NCBI GenBank assembly: GCA_963708075.1
Contig: OY970194.1
Span: 6,272,001-6,336,000 of the forward strand
Origin: Sedimentisphaerales bacterium
Lineage (GTDB): Bacteria > Planctomycetota > Phycisphaerae > Sedimentisphaerales > Anaerobacaceae
Direction of reading: 5' to 3'
Length of the DNA stretch: 64,000 bases
Shown here one piece after another: positions 20,008-31,326 of the stretch (position 1 is the stretch's first letter; every line of letters starts with the position of its first letter). The notes beneath the pieces were generated by a model. That model saw only the letters and a program-made list of their open reading frames with translations. It did no database searches and was not told the origin of the DNA. Both the position numbers and the translations under genes were made by a program.

Positions 20008-21024
20008 ATGGCGAATCCGGAAAGAATCCTGCTCGCTCACGGCGGGGGAGGCCGGCTCAGCAGCCAGCTCATCCGCGAGCATATTGTGCCGAAATTCAGG
20101 AACGACGCGCTCTCCGAGCTTGCCGATTCGGCCCACTTGAGACTGCCTTCCAGCGACATCTGCTTCACGACGGACAGCTATGTGGTCAAGCCCCTGTTCT
20201 TCCGGGGCGGGGACATCGGCAAGCTCGCCGTCTGCGGGACGGTGAACGATCTGGCGGTGTCCGGGGCAAGGCCGGTGGCTCTGTCTCTGGCGCTGATCCT
20301 TGAGGAAGGCTTCGAGTTCGAGCTTCTGGACAGAATCCTGCACAGCGTCAGCGAAGCGGCCCAACACAACCACGTCACAATCGTAACGGGCGACACGAAG
20401 ACCGTCGAACACGGCTCGGCGGACGGCATCTTCATCAACACCGCGGGTATCGGCGTCCGGCTGCCAAATGTGAATCCCGGGCTCGACAAGGTCGAGGTCG
20501 GCGACAGAATCCTCCTCAGCGGCACGATTGGCGACCACGGCATGACAATCGTCTCTCAGCGCGAAGGGATTGCCTTCGAATCACCGCTGGAGAGCGATTG
20601 CGCGGGACTGGCCGAGCTGACGTGTGCGCTGTTCGAAAATGTGCCGGGCATCCGATTCATGCGGGACCCGACGCGAGGCGGACTGGCGGCGACGCTGAAC
20701 GAGGTTGTCGAGGGCAGCCGGCGGAGCGTGGAGATTGACGAGAGGGCGATTCGTGTCCGGCCTGCGGTTCAAGCGGCTGCGGACATGCTCGGATTTGACG
20801 TGCTGAATGCCGCGAACGAAGGAAAATTCGTCGCGGTTGTGTCCCCGGATACAGCGGATCAGTGCCTGCAAATCTGCCGGGAGCATCCGCTGGGTCGCGA
20901 GGCGAGTATCATCGGCGAGATCGTGCAGACGCGCGACGTCCCTCTTGTGGAGATGAAGACCAAGATAGGCGGCCGGCGCATCGTGCAAATGCCCTACGGG
21001 CGGGAATTGCCGAGGATCTGCTGA
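20008..21024 (+). CDS. hypE: Hydrogenase maturation protein HypE
   Basis: LAHGGGG, TTDSYVV, DPTRGG, terminal LPRIC. Confidence 0.97.
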   Translation: MANPERILLAHGGGGRLSSQLIREHIVPKFRNDALSELADSAHLRLPSSDICFTTDSYVVKPLFFRGGDIGKLAVCGTVNDLAVSGARPVALSLALILEEGFEFELLDRILHSVSEAAQHNHVTIVTGDTKTVEHGSADGIFINTAGIGVRLPNVNPGLDKVEVGDRILLSGTIGDHGMTIVSQREGIAFESPLESDCAGLAELTCALFENVPGIRFMRDPTRGGLAATLNEVVEGSRRSVEIDERAIRVRPAVQAAADMLGFDVLNAANEGKFVAVVSPDTADQCLQICREHPLGREASIIGEIVQTRDVPLVEMKTKIGGRRIVQMPYGRELPRIC

Positions 21025-21413
21025 TGCACGAGGCCGCCATGGCGCAAAACCTGGTGGAGGTGATCTCGCAGGAGGCCCGCAAGTACGGCGCCAAGCCGAT
21101 CCGCGCCAAAATGAGCTGCGGCATGCTGAACGCCGTCAACGACGATGTGCTCGCGTTTGCCTTTGAAGCGGTTGCCCGGGGCACGCCCTGCGAAGGAATG
21201 CAACTGCAGATCGAGCATAAGCCCCTGCAGGCGAAGTGCAGGACCTGCGGCAGAGTCTTCGCCGTGGACTTATCCAACGTAAAATGTCCAAGCTGTGGCA
21301 AGGACAATTTCGGGTTGCTTCCGGATGCCCCTTTGCTTCTGGAACAGATCGAGTTTGAAGGAGTAGACGATGACCAAGGTGAACGTCGGCAGGAAGATAC
21401 TGAGCGCCAATGA
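21024..21413 (+). CDS. hypA: Nickel metallochaperone HypA
   Basis: MHE start; CRTC and CPSC pairs. Confidence 0.92.
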   Translation: MHEAAMAQNLVEVISQEARKYGAKPIRAKMSCGMLNAVNDDVLAFAFEAVARGTPCEGMQLQIEHKPLQAKCRTCGRVFAVDLSNVKCPSCGKDNFGLLPDAPLLLEQIEFEGVDDDQGERRQEDTERQ

Positions 21414-22029
21414 GACATATGCGCGGAAGAACAGCGAGCTGCTGACTCAACACGGCAATCGCTGCTTCAACATGATCTCCTCTCCGGGCTCCGGCAAGAC
21501 GACGCTCCTGGTGCGCACGATCAGCGATCTCGCAGGCACCGTCAAGATCGGCGTGATCGAAGGTGACATACAGACGGATATCGATGCCCAGCGGATCCGG
21601 GCCACGAATGCACCGGCCATTCAGATCATTACGGAAGGCGCATGCCACTTGTCCGCCACACAGGTGCATCAGGCTTTGCAGAAGCTGCCTCTCAATACTC
21701 TGAATCTACTTTTCATCGAGAACGTTGGCAATCTGGTGTGCCCATCATCGTTCGAGTTGGGTGAAGATGGGAAGATTGTGGTGCTCTCCGTCGCGGAGGG
21801 CGACGACAAGCCTGTCAAGTATCCGGCGATCTTTGCGAAGTCGAAAGTCCTGCTCGTGAACAAAATCGATCTGCTCGCCGGCGCGATGGTCGATTTCAAT
21901 ATTGAACGTGTCAAAGCAGATGCGCGGCGATTGAACAAGGACATCGAGATATTCCCGGTTTCTGCCAGGACCGGCGAGGGGATGCAGGCCTGGTACGACT
22001 GGCTCAAAGGACAGATCGCCAAGTCGTGA
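21370..22029 (+). CDS. hypB: Nickel incorporation GTPase HypB
   Basis: SSPGSGKTT, GACHL, ENVGNLVCP, NKID. Confidence 0.96.
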   Translation: MTKVNVGRKILSANETYARKNSELLTQHGNRCFNMISSPGSGKTTLLVRTISDLAGTVKIGVIEGDIQTDIDAQRIRATNAPAIQIITEGACHLSATQVHQALQKLPLNTLNLLFIENVGNLVCPSSFELGEDGKIVVLSVAEGDDKPVKYPAIFAKSKVLLVNKIDLLAGAMVDFNIERVKADARRLNKDIEIFPVSARTGEGMQAWYDWLKGQIAKS

Positions 22030-22044
22030 TCGTCGACTCAGCTC

Positions 22045-22674
22045 TCAGGCGTCTATCCGCCGGTAGAGGCCGTGTTGGCGGATATACTCGATTACATCGG
22101 GATAGAGCATTCCGCGAAGGTCTTCACCGGCAGCTAAGCGTCTCCGCACCTCCGTGCTGCTGATATCGATCAGCGGTGTTTGCACGATGTTGCGCTTGAG
22201 CTTTGCCACTCGCTCCAGTCCCCACAGGGAGATAAATCGCTCGAAATCCGGCGGCGCGTAGCCGGCTCGCTGCATCGTTGTCAGGTTGCACTCGTCAATC
22301 AGCTCGCGAACCTTGTACCAGTGGACGAGGTCTCCAACGCTGTCGGCGCCGAGCAGCCAGTGAATCGATGTCTCCGGACCGTACTGACGCTTGAACTGTC
22401 GCACGGTATCGAGCGTGTAGCTGGGGGCCGGCCGCTTCAACTCACAATCGCTCACCGCGAAATTGTCGCGTCCTGCAATCGCCAGCGTGATCATCGCGAG
22501 CCGATCTTCATCGCCGGCGTGAGGAGAGAATCCCTTGAGCGGAGAACATTTCGCGGGGATGAAGATCAGTTTCTCCGCGCCGATTTGTGCGGCCGCCGCC
22601 TCGGCCACTGTCGTGTGACCGAGATGAATCGGATCGAACGTGCCGCCGAACAACGCTACTCTCTTTTCTGTCAT
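22045..22674 (-). CDS. nadD: Nicotinate-nucleotide adenylyltransferase
   Basis: FGGTFDPIHLGH, SYTLDT, LLGAD, ISSTEVR. Confidence 0.95.
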   Translation of the reverse strand: MTEKRVALFGGTFDPIHLGHTTVAEAAAAQIGAEKLIFIPAKCSPLKGFSPHAGDEDRLAMITLAIAGRDNFAVSDCELKRPAPSYTLDTVRQFKRQYGPETSIHWLLGADSVGDLVHWYKVRELIDECNLTTMQRAGYAPPDFERFISLWGLERVAKLKRNIVQTPLIDISSTEVRRRLAAGEDLRGMLYPDVIEYIRQHGLYRRIDA

Positions 22675-23098
22675 CAACAAGTAACAGCAAATCTGTGTTT
22701 TCTTTTCTCACGACGCACTGTATCCACGGCAACGTGTCATGCTCGTCACCACGGTAAGGAAACACGCCGCGCGCGAAAAGTCAAGCTGCTTTTATCTATC
22801 GTCGTGCGCGAGCGCACCGCGAGGGCGCGCATTGCGCAGAGTGGCAACGTCATAGCGCAAAACGATTCACCTTTGGCTATTTCATCTCCTGTATTTCGTA
22901 AATGCAGTGACGCGCGCGAAGGCGCACAAAAAACTTTTTATGAAGTAATTTGAAATATCTTGACGATAAAGAATAGAAGAATTGTCATTACCATTTCTCA
23001 TAATGATATTGACAAAGGGTTGGCTGGCAATTGTAGTAGGATAAAATGTAGCACATTCGGAACGCAACATTAGTGGTCAGCGTAAAAGGAGAAAAGTA

Positions 23099-23194
23099 AT
23101 GGCCAAGAAAGCAAAGAAGAAAGCAGCAAAGAAGACCACGAAGAAGAAGACAGCCAAGAAGGCAAAGAAGAAGACAGCGAAGAAGAAGAAATAA
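23099..23194 (+). CDS. 31-aa Lys/Ala/Thr-rich small basic protein (histone-H1-tail-like); absent from the ORF track
   Basis: AAGGAG RBS, then MAKKAKKKAAKKTTKKKTAKKAKKKTAKKKK*; AT-rich upstream region containing TTGACA. Confidence 0.75.
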   Translation: MAKKAKKKAAKKTTKKKTAKKAKKKTAKKKK

Positions 23195-23340
23195 CACGAG
23201 TACATCATCAGGAGTCTGCTGACTCGGTGTGTCGGCCGCGAAGGGCTTTTGATACAACGAATCGCAGCGCTTGAGCCGGCAGAAGAAATCGAGCCGCGAT
23301 CAACAAGAGCCGTCAAGATTGCAGCAGGCTTTGAAGAAAT

Positions 23341-23379
23341 GGAAGACTTCCCGTGGGTAGGAAGTCTTCCGTTTTTTTT
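23341..23379 (+). terminator. Intrinsic terminator
   Basis: ggaagacttcc-loop-ggaagtcttcc followed by T8. Confidence 0.85.
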
Positions 23380-23490
23380 GTCCGGGCTCGGCGGATCGAG
23401 AGTGGGAGGAAGCATCGCATCCCATTGGCAGCTCTCACTGTGTCTGTGAAAGTAACCTGGCAGTCGGGGGGCCGCGGCAAGCGGAGCTTG

Positions 23491-23645
23491 GTACGTGTTT
23501 AGCCTGGACGCGCCCAGTCCTGGGTGGCACGGGCAAACTTGTTTGCCCGTGGGGTCTCGATTGACCAGACTCGGTCGAATGAGCACCGTCAAACGAGTTT
23601 GGCGGTGCCACCCGGCGAACGGCGGGCTTCACGCTAAACACGTAC
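23491..23645. repeat. Nested palindromic REPIN/MITE-like element
   Basis: Outer inverted repeat gtacgtgtttagc/gctaaacacgtac encloses the GGGTGGC repeat pair shared with 8922-9091. Confidence 0.8.
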
Positions 23646-23825
23646 GGAGCTTGCCGATGGTGCTGCGCATCTGAGGAGCCATCGGCACAGAGCCCATAGA
23701 CCTGCACAGACGCCATCCATCCGGCTTCTTGTAATTCGCCTCCATTGTCGTATACTGTTGCGCGTCTGTACTGTCCATGCGATGCGGCAGCCAGGTTCAA
23801 AAACAGCGTTTCGAGGAATGAGTCG

Positions 23826-25107
23826 ATGGATTTCTTTCGCTACAAAGACGGCAGGCTGTACGTCGAGGATGTTGCGGCGGAGCGTATTGCCCGCGAGGTC
23901 GGCACCCCCGCGTACATCTACAGCAAGGCCACGTTCGAACACCATCTGCGGCAGATACAGCAGGCTTACAGGGAGCTGAGTACAACCGTGTGTTTCTCCG
24001 TCAAGGCCTGCGGCAACGTGCACATCCTCAGGCTCATGGCCGCCCTGGGCAGCGGATTCGACATCGTCAGCGGCGGTGAGTTGTATCGCGTCCTCCAGGC
24101 GGGAGGGGATGTGGCCAAAGTAGTCTACGCCGGCGTGGGGAAGACCGACGACGAGATCATTCAGGGGCTCAACGCCGGCATCGGATACTTCAACATCGAG
24201 TCGGAGCAGGAATTGGAGAACCTCATCCGGCTGGTCGAGCGGAATGCGCTGAAGATGAAGCCGAAGGCCGCGCTGCGCGTCAATCCGGATATTGACTACA
24301 AGACCCACGCCTTCCTGACCACGGGGAAGAAGGAAACGAAATTCGGGGTCGATATCGAGCGAGCGCTGGCCGTGTTTGACCGCTATGGCGATAATCCCTT
24401 CGTCAGGCTCTGTGCCGTTCACGTGCATCTGGGCACTGGCGGCAAGACCATCGACCCGTATGTAAATGCCGTGCAAAAGATCATGCCTCTGATCGACGCG
24501 CTGCGCCAGAGGGGCCACACAGTGGAAGCCCTGGACCTGGGCGGCGGCTACGGCGCCGACTACGAGACGGAAACCGTGCCTTCGGCGGACGAGTACGCCG
24601 CGGGCATCGTCCCCTTATTGAAGGGCAAGGACCTCAAGCTCATTCTCGAGCCGGGCAAAAGCATCTGCGCCAATGCGGGCATTCTGCTGACCCGCGTGCT
24701 CTACACGAAGCAGGGGGGCAGCAAGAAATTCGTCATCGTCGATGCAGGCATGAACGATCTGATCCGCCCGTCGCTGTACGATGCGTTCCATTTCATCTGG
24801 CCGGCGCAGGTGGAGCCTCGGCTTGTGCCCACGGCGCGCAGCAAAGACCTGAAGCTCGAAGGATGCGAGATTGTCGATGTGGTCGGGCCGATCTGCGAAG
24901 GCGCCGATTTCTTTGCCAAGGACCGATCGATGCCGCCGGTCCAGCGGGGCGATCTCGTCTCGATCTTCACTGCGGGAGCCTACGGCTTTACGATGAGCAG
25001 CAACTACAACGCCCGGCCGCGCCCCGGAGATCCTCGTGGACGGCGGCCGCTTCACCCTCATTCGCAGACGCGAAACCTACGAAGACCTGACGGCCCTGGA
25101 GCAGTAG
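23826..25107 (+). CDS. lysA: Diaminopimelate decarboxylase (one frameshift near 25022)
   Basis: FSVKA, DIVSGGE, KFG, LDLGGG, EPG, GPICE, AGAYG, SNYN; the natural C-terminus EILVDG..IRRRETYEDL continues in another frame. Confidence 0.93.
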
Positions 25108-25125
25108 GCACGTTCGGCTCGTGCA

Positions 25126-25527
25126 TTAAAGCGACTCCAGAACCAACCTGCGGACCTTTTCGGCCAGTTGAATCGCTTGTAGAGCGTCGGTGCTGGTTAC
25201 ACTGAGGAAATCGCCCGGATAGCGAACATCGACACCATAGTTTGTCAGAACGATGACGTCGCGCAAAGACTCGGACAGCTTGCTGTCAACCGAGGCGATC
25301 AGGTCGAGTAGCTCATCTATATCATGCGTTTTTGGGAACTCCACCTGACGACGAGTCAGGAACGCCTTCAGATATTTCTCTGCGGCTTGCTGTGAATGGA
25401 AACAAACCGTGGATAGAAAAGTCTCTCCATAGGTGATGAGGGACTTAGCGGCGTTGAAGTCTTCCTCCGCCTTCAGCAGCCACTGGCGCACGAATTCGTC
25501 CCGCACTTGATCAGGCGGCCTCTTCAT
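25126..25527 (-). CDS. HEPN domain protein (MNT-HEPN pair 2)
   Basis: WLLKAEED, CFHSQQAAEKYLKA, PKTHDI, RYPG. Confidence 0.9.
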   Translation of the reverse strand: MKRPPDQVRDEFVRQWLLKAEEDFNAAKSLITYGETFLSTVCFHSQQAAEKYLKAFLTRRQVEFPKTHDIDELLDLIASVDSKLSESLRDVIVLTNYGVDVRYPGDFLSVTSTDALQAIQLAEKVRRLVLESL

Positions 25528-25882
25528 AAATCACCTTGCCGTACTTGTTGGCTGGATAGGCGATACCGCCAATGACGTCCTTGCTCTCCTCAAACCGCTC
25601 GACAGCCATGACGATAATATCGAATGGATAACCCAGCCCGCGCATAGCCTCGTGAATCCGAACACTCTCTTTGCGGGTATCGCCCGGAGCAGACTCAAGC
25701 ACCAGCAGGTCAACATCACTGTCTCTGGTCATCTGTCCGGTAGCGGCGGAACCAAAGAGAATGATTCGTTGCGGCTGGGCTACGTCCACGATGCGTTTGA
25801 CGATTTCATTGACCAGTGTCTCACTTATTCCCACACGCACCTCACTGCTGATTTCCCGATTGAAACGCTGTTCAGATGCCAT
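25511..25882 (-). CDS. Minimal nucleotidyltransferase (MNT)
   Basis: IILFGSAATGQMTRDSDVDLLV. Confidence 0.9.
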   Translation of the reverse strand: MASEQRFNREISSEVRVGISETLVNEIVKRIVDVAQPQRIILFGSAATGQMTRDSDVDLLVLESAPGDTRKESVRIHEAMRGLGYPFDIIVMAVERFEESKDVIGGIAYPANKYGKVIYEEAA

Positions 25883-25932
25883 TCTCGTAACCGATTATTA
25901 CAGCAGTTGGCTTGCCGTCGGTCAACGGTTTT

Positions 25933-27272
25933 TCAGAAGTTGCGTTCGACGAAGCCGGTATCGACCTTGCCTTTGACGAACAGGTTGTGTGAGAGGATGG
26001 CCAGGCAGGCGGGGATCGTGGTCTTGATCGGGCTGATGATGAACTCGCGGAGGGCCCGTCGCATGGTGGCGATGGCCTCCGGTCGCGTCTTCTGGTGGAC
26101 GATCAGCTTGGCGATCATGCGAATCGTAGTGTGGCGTGATGGTCCAGCCCTGGTGCACGTGGGTATCGACGCGGACGCCGGGCCGCCGGGGGCGATGTAC
26201 TGCGTGATCGTGCCGGGGCAGGGGGAGAAATTGTTCGCCGGGTCCTCCGCGTTGATGCGGCACTCGATCGCGACGCCCGATGCTTGATGTCCTTCTGACG
26301 CAGCTCCATCGGCTGGCCGCTGGCGATCCGGAGCTGCCATTTGATGAGGTCCTGCCCCGTGACCATCTCGGTGACCGGGTGCTCGACCTGGATGCGGGTG
26401 TTGACCTCGATGAAGTAGAACTTCTTGTCCTTGTCGAGGAGGAACTCGACGGTGGCGGCATTGACGTATTTGGCCTCTTTGATCAGCCGCAATGCGCACA
26501 TCCGCCAGCCCCTGGCGGTCTCGATCCTCGAGCACGGGACAGGGCGACTCCTCGATCATCTTCTGGTGACGCCTCTGGATGGAGCAGTCCCTCTCGTAGA
26601 AGTGAAGGACGTTGCCCTCGTGGTCGGCGATGACCTGGACCTCCACGTGCCGGGGCTCGACGATGAACTTTTCGAGATAGACGCTGCCGTTCTCCGAAGG
26701 CCGCCTCGGCCTCGGTGCGGGCCGCGTTGAAGGCGGCGCGAAGGCTGATGTCGTTGTGGACGACGCGCATGCCCCGCCCGCCGCCGCCGGCGACGGCCTT
26801 GATGATGATCGGGTAGCCGATCTGGTTGGCGAGTTTCATCGCCTCAGTCTCGTTGGCGGAGGCGCCATCCGAGCCCGGGACGATGGGGACCTTGGCCTTT
26901 TTCGCGAGCTTGCGGGCCTCGACCTTGTCGCCCAGCAGCCGCATGGCCTCGACCGGGGGGCCGATGAAGCCGATGCCGCAATCCCGGCAGATCTCGGCGA
27001 AGTTGATGTTCTCGGCGAGGAACCCGTAGCCGGGATGGATCGCATCGACGTTGGTGATCTCGGCGGCGCTGATGATCCGCGGGATGTTGAGATAGCTCTG
27101 GCTGCAGTCGGCCGGCCCGATGCAGATGGATTCATTGGCCAGCCGCAGATAGGGGGCGTTCTCGGTCGGCCTCCGAGTAGACCGCCACGGTCTCGATACC
27201 CAGCTCTTGGCAGGCCCGAATGATGCGAAGGGCGATTTCACCCCGGTTGGCGATGAGGATTCTCGATAGCAT
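25933..27272 (-). CDS. accC: Acetyl-CoA carboxylase biotin carboxylase (several frameshifts)
   Basis: [56 protein letters not shown] and ECRINAED spread across frames. Confidence 0.92.
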
Positions 27273-27340
27273 TCCGTGCGACTCTTCTATAAACCGGGCA
27301 TGTGTTAAGCTGGATGCACACTTCAGACTTGACATTGACT

Positions 27341-27823
27341 TCACTCAGGCCTGACCCTGAAGAGGAGCTGGCCGTACTCGACGGCCTGGCCGTTCTTCAC
27401 GAGTCCTTCCACGACCGTGCCGCTGATTTCCGCCTCGATCTCGTTCATCACCTTCATGGCTTCAATAATGCAGACGACCGTCTGCGGCTCCACGTGGGCG
27501 CCGCTCTCGACGTAGGGGTCGGAGTCCGGGCTTGGGGCCTCATAGAACGTGCCGACCATGGGGGATTTGATCTCCACCGTTGCCTCCGCCGCAGCCGTTT
27601 GGCCGGCGGGAATGGCCTGAACGCCCGGCGAGGTCCCCGGTGCCAGGGCCCCGGGAAAAGCCGTCAGGATGTGCCCCGTCGCCGCGATCGGCTGCGGGGG
27701 CTCGGCTCGTTGAAGCGAAATTCGGTCATCGCCGTGCTGAATATCGATCTTCACCAGATCATTTTCCTTCATGATCTGGATCAGTTCCTTGATCTTCTGC
27801 ACATCGGCGTCTTTTTCAGGCAT
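27341..27823 (-). CDS. accB: Biotin carboxyl carrier protein
   Basis: [25 protein letters not shown]. Confidence 0.96.
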   Translation of the reverse strand: MPEKDADVQKIKELIQIMKENDLVKIDIQHGDDRISLQRAEPPQPIAATGHILTAFPGALAPGTSPGVQAIPAGQTAAAEATVEIKSPMVGTFYEAPSPDSDPYVESGAHVEPQTVVCIIEAMKVMNEIEAEISGTVVEGLVKNGQAVEYGQLLFRVRPE

Positions 27824-28326
27824 TACCGCGTTCCTTCGGAAACCCGCGGGCTTCTTGTCGGGGCGAAAAACCTTTCACCCGTACATGGGAAGGTCCCTCC
27901 CCAGGCAGGGCGACCTCCCGACCGACCGCCAAGTATACCTGCCGCTACCCCCTTTGCAACACAATTCCCCGCCCCCTGGGCTCGTGTCAGCGCACGTTTT
28001 TGGGTACTGTGCCGGGTGGCAGATTATTCTCACGGACACATGCACCGTATGTCGCATAAACTCTTGCCACGCAAGGACTAAGGAGAATCGTGCGAGGACA
28101 ATGTTGGACTGTGACGGGCACTGGAGAAGGCAAACAGGGCGGATCAACGGTAGAATGCATGCCGTGGGACCGTGGAGATGCGACGGTTTGTCTATGTCGG
28201 AGACCTATCGATGGCCGGATCGTGAAACCGCGGATGTCGCTGTGCCGGCGGCGAACTGCCAATCTGTGGCTGGGCAGGCGCAGAAACGCGCCGCAGCACC
28301 TATGTGCCGCGGCGCGAATGGTTCGA

Positions 28327-30183
28327 CTATTTGCTCGTGACCTGCTGGTACACGTGCGTGGCCTCGGTGGCTTCCACCGGCAGCGTCAGCTCACCCGTGT
28401 ACATCGTCGCTTTGAACGAGACATCGCCTGCCCGTGCACCCTTGACGACCACACGCCAAGTGGCCTTGGCCTTGGGCTCGAGCGTGGATAGCGGCGAGAA
28501 GCTGATGGTCTTGCCCATGATGGACCCGGCCGTGGCGCCGGCGCAGGAGACATACTGCAGCCTCTCGTCGAGCACGCATGTGACGCGGATGTTGCGATCG
28601 GGCGCGGAACCCTCGTTCGACACGGTGACCACGTACGTGGTCGCAGTGCCCACTTCCACCGGGTCCTCGACATCGATCAGGTCCAGCCTCGCGGTGGCGA
28701 TTCCCGTGACGATGGTTCTGGTCGAATCGGACACGGTGTCAGCACAAGTGGCCGAGACTGTCGCCGTCGCGGGCAGCTCGCCCTCCTTGGTGGACACATA
28801 GGAGACGTGGACCTTCTTGGAGGTGTTGGGCTCGAGCGTGCCGAGCTCCCACATCAGCTTGGACGCGGAGAACTGTGCGCCGGCGGTCGCCTCGATGGAG
28901 GTCACGCCCGGCGGAATAATATCTTCCAGCATGGTGTCCCGCGCCGGCCCGTCGCCCTTGTTGAACACGGTGATCTCATACGAGATGGGTCGGTTCAGGT
29001 ACTGCCGCTGAGGGCCGGACTTGGCAATCGTGAGGATGGGCTGCCGCACGTTGATCATCGTTGGCTGCGATTCGGCTTTGATGCCCGTGGCGGAGGCGGC
29101 GGTGGCCTTGTTGTTATAGGCGCCGATCCTTGTCGCACGGAGCTTGACGGAGAACTGCCGCGACTCCCCGGCCATAAGGTTGCCCACGTCCAGCAGGACT
29201 CTGTCTTTGCCGTCGGCCGTCTGGATGCCGGCCGGCAGGACATCCGTAATCTGCACGCTCTGGGCCGATCCCGTCCCCGTGTTGGTGATGCGGAATTCGA
29301 GGGGGATGGGCTCACACAGCAGCGCTTCGGTGGGCACCGTCACCGCCAGCTCCAGCGTGGGCTGGACGACCTGGACCACGGCACAGTCGCGGATCGTGTG
29401 GGTGACCGTGGTGCAGTGCTCCAGCCGCTGGGTGTTCATGGCGACGCCGGTGACCTTGATGCTCCTGCTGCCCTTGGGCCCGATCGAATCGATGTCCCAC
29501 GTGAGCTTGTTGCCCTCCGTGGAGGTAGCGGTCGGCTCGGCGCCTTTGAACGTGAATTCCTCGGAGAGGGTCTCGGCGACGGTGATGTCGGTGATCATCA
29601 TATCGGTGAGGTTGGTCACCTTGATCATGTACGCGAACGGTTGGTTGAGGCGGACCTCCTGGGGCATCGTCTTGTCGATCTGGAGGATGCCATAGTCCGG
29701 CCGGGGATAAATCATCGAGAAGGCGTGTGCGCCTGTCTCATCCACGGCCACCAGGCCGGCTCCCAGACCTATGGGTCTGCCATACGGGGCGGCGGCCAAG
29801 ATCGGCTCAGGCGCCACCGGCTGAAACTCCTGGACGGAGGCAGTGACCAACTCCGTCTGGACGGCCGGCTTTGCAGCCGCTTGGGCTGTCCTGGCTGCGG
29901 GCTTTGCCTTCGGAGCGGCCTCGGCTGCAGGCTTGGCCTTCGGGGCTGTCTCGGTCCCCGCCGCCGCCTGCTGCTCTGCTATCTCTGCGGCTGGTTTGGG
30001 CTCTGGGGTCTGCGACGCGACAGGGGTCACGGGCCGGAGGTCCCTTTCCCAGAAATAGCTCCGGCTGGAGCCCGTCGTACTGCCCTTAGCGCTGGCCTTG
30101 CTCTTGACGCTGTCTGCACTTTTGCAGCCTGCCAGGAGCACGGCAAGGACAAGTAACAAAATGGTCCGCACCTTCTTCATCAC
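28327..30183 (-). CDS. DUF11-repeat lipoprotein, OmcB-like
   Basis: Lipobox LAGC; Ala/Pro-rich linker; repeated Ig-like units (I.K.GP, Y.I.V.N.G, D..P.G, D.EDPVEVG). Confidence 0.8.
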   Translation of the reverse strand: MMKKVRTILLLVLAVLLAGCKSADSVKSKASAKGSTTGSSRSYFWERDLRPVTPVASQTPEPKPAAEIAEQQAAAGTETAPKAKPAAEAAPKAKPAARTAQAAAKPAVQTELVTASVQEFQPVAPEPILAAAPYGRPIGLGAGLVAVDETGAHAFSMIYPRPDYGILQIDKTMPQEVRLNQPFAYMIKVTNLTDMMITDITVAETLSEEFTFKGAEPTATSTEGNKLTWDIDSIGPKGSRSIKVTGVAMNTQRLEHCTTVTHTIRDCAVVQVVQPTLELAVTVPTEALLCEPIPLEFRITNTGTGSAQSVQITDVLPAGIQTADGKDRVLLDVGNLMAGESRQFSVKLRATRIGAYNNKATAASATGIKAESQPTMINVRQPILTIAKSGPQRQYLNRPISYEITVFNKGDGPARDTMLEDIIPPGVTSIEATAGAQFSASKLMWELGTLEPNTSKKVHVSYVSTKEGELPATATVSATCADTVSDSTRTIVTGIATARLDLIDVEDPVEVGTATTYVVTVSNEGSAPDRNIRVTCVLDERLQYVSCAGATAGSIMGKTISFSPLSTLEPKAKATWRVVVKGARAGDVSFKATMYTGELTLPVEATEATHVYQQVTSK

Positions 30184-30708
30184 ACCGCTCCTTTCACATC
30201 ATCAAGCCCACGTCCGACTACGAATTTGTCCAGCCCGGGTCCGTAGATAGTGAATCCCCGGGCCGCAAGGAAATGAGCTTTGCGAAATGCCGATTTATAG
30301 CCTTTGTGGCTGATGGCTTAACACCCCTTCCTCTGTCACTGCAGAGAGAGCCCCTGCTGGTTCCGGCAGCAGCGGCACAATACAAACACAAGCAGCCAGT
30401 ACACTGAAAGCGCTGCTTCTCCATCTAAAATATAGGATAGAATCCCATTGGCGCAAAGCCGGTACTCCCACCAATATTTACCCAATTATACCATCTTACC
30501 CATGATGAAGTCAAGGGTTATGTTCATGTAAAGTCAGCCGGCTTGGGCTTGGAGCCGCAGTAGTCCGATATCCTTTGCCGTGTCAGTGCTTCCCGACGGC
30601 TATTCCCTCGCGATTCCTCGTGCGGCACCCCCAAAAATGCTTGCACGGGCGGGGCGACGTCGCTATGTTGCCGTGCGGTGGGGGGCGGATAGGAGTCTGT
30701 GGGGTTTT

Positions 30709-31326
30709 ATGACTCAACGCACGTGCGAAAGCGGGTTGGAAGTAACGCTGGTGGCGATTACTCCCGATCCCGAGAGGGTGATCGAGCAGGCCGGCAGAAC
30801 CTGTTATCGGAGTTACGACCGGATCGGCGCCGATTCCCACCGCGATTTTATCAAGCGTCTCATCCGCATGGGCCATGAAACGCCGCTGGAGCACGCCTAC
30901 GCCACCTTTCGCATCAGGAACTGTTCCCGCGCGATGACACATCAGCTTGTCCGGCATCGGCTGATGGCCGTCTCACAGCAGTCGCAGCGGTACGTCGATG
31001 AAGAGAACTTCCAGTACGTCGTCCCGGAGGGCATGCCCGCTGAGTTCGTCGAGGACTTCCACCGGGACATGGAAACGATTCAGCAGATGTACCGGAAATG
31101 GCGGGATCGCGGCCTGAAGAAGGAGGACGCCCGCTTCGTGCTGCCCAATGCCTGTGTCAGCGAGATCATGGTTTCGGCGGACTTCCGCGAATGGCGCCAC
31201 ATCTTCAAGCTTCGCCTGTCCGCCAAGGCCCAGTGGGAGATCCGCAAGGCCTGCCGGATGATGCTCGCGATCCTCAAGGAGCACGCCGAAGCCTGTTTCT
31301 GCGATATCCTCTTGGACGGGCAGTAG
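30709..31326 (+). CDS. thyX: FAD-dependent thymidylate synthase
   Basis: GHETPLEH, QLVRHR..SQQSQRYV, EDARFVLP, AQWEIR. Confidence 0.95.
   Translation: MTQRTCESGLEVTLVAITPDPERVIEQAGRTCYRSYDRIGADSHRDFIKRLIRMGHETPLEHAYATFRIRNCSRAMTHQLVRHRLMAVSQQSQRYVDEENFQYVVPEGMPAEFVEDFHRDMETIQQMYRKWRDRGLKKEDARFVLPNACVSEIMVSADFREWRHIFKLRLSAKAQWEIRKACRMMLAILKEHAEACFCDILLDGQ

Noticed and set aside
21370..21413. 44-nt hypA/hypB overlap
   Set aside because: Short tail extension, possibly another indel; no evidence of function
16360..22029. hyp cluster without hydrogenase structural genes
   Set aside because: Maturation genes are often unlinked from the structural genes; not unusual
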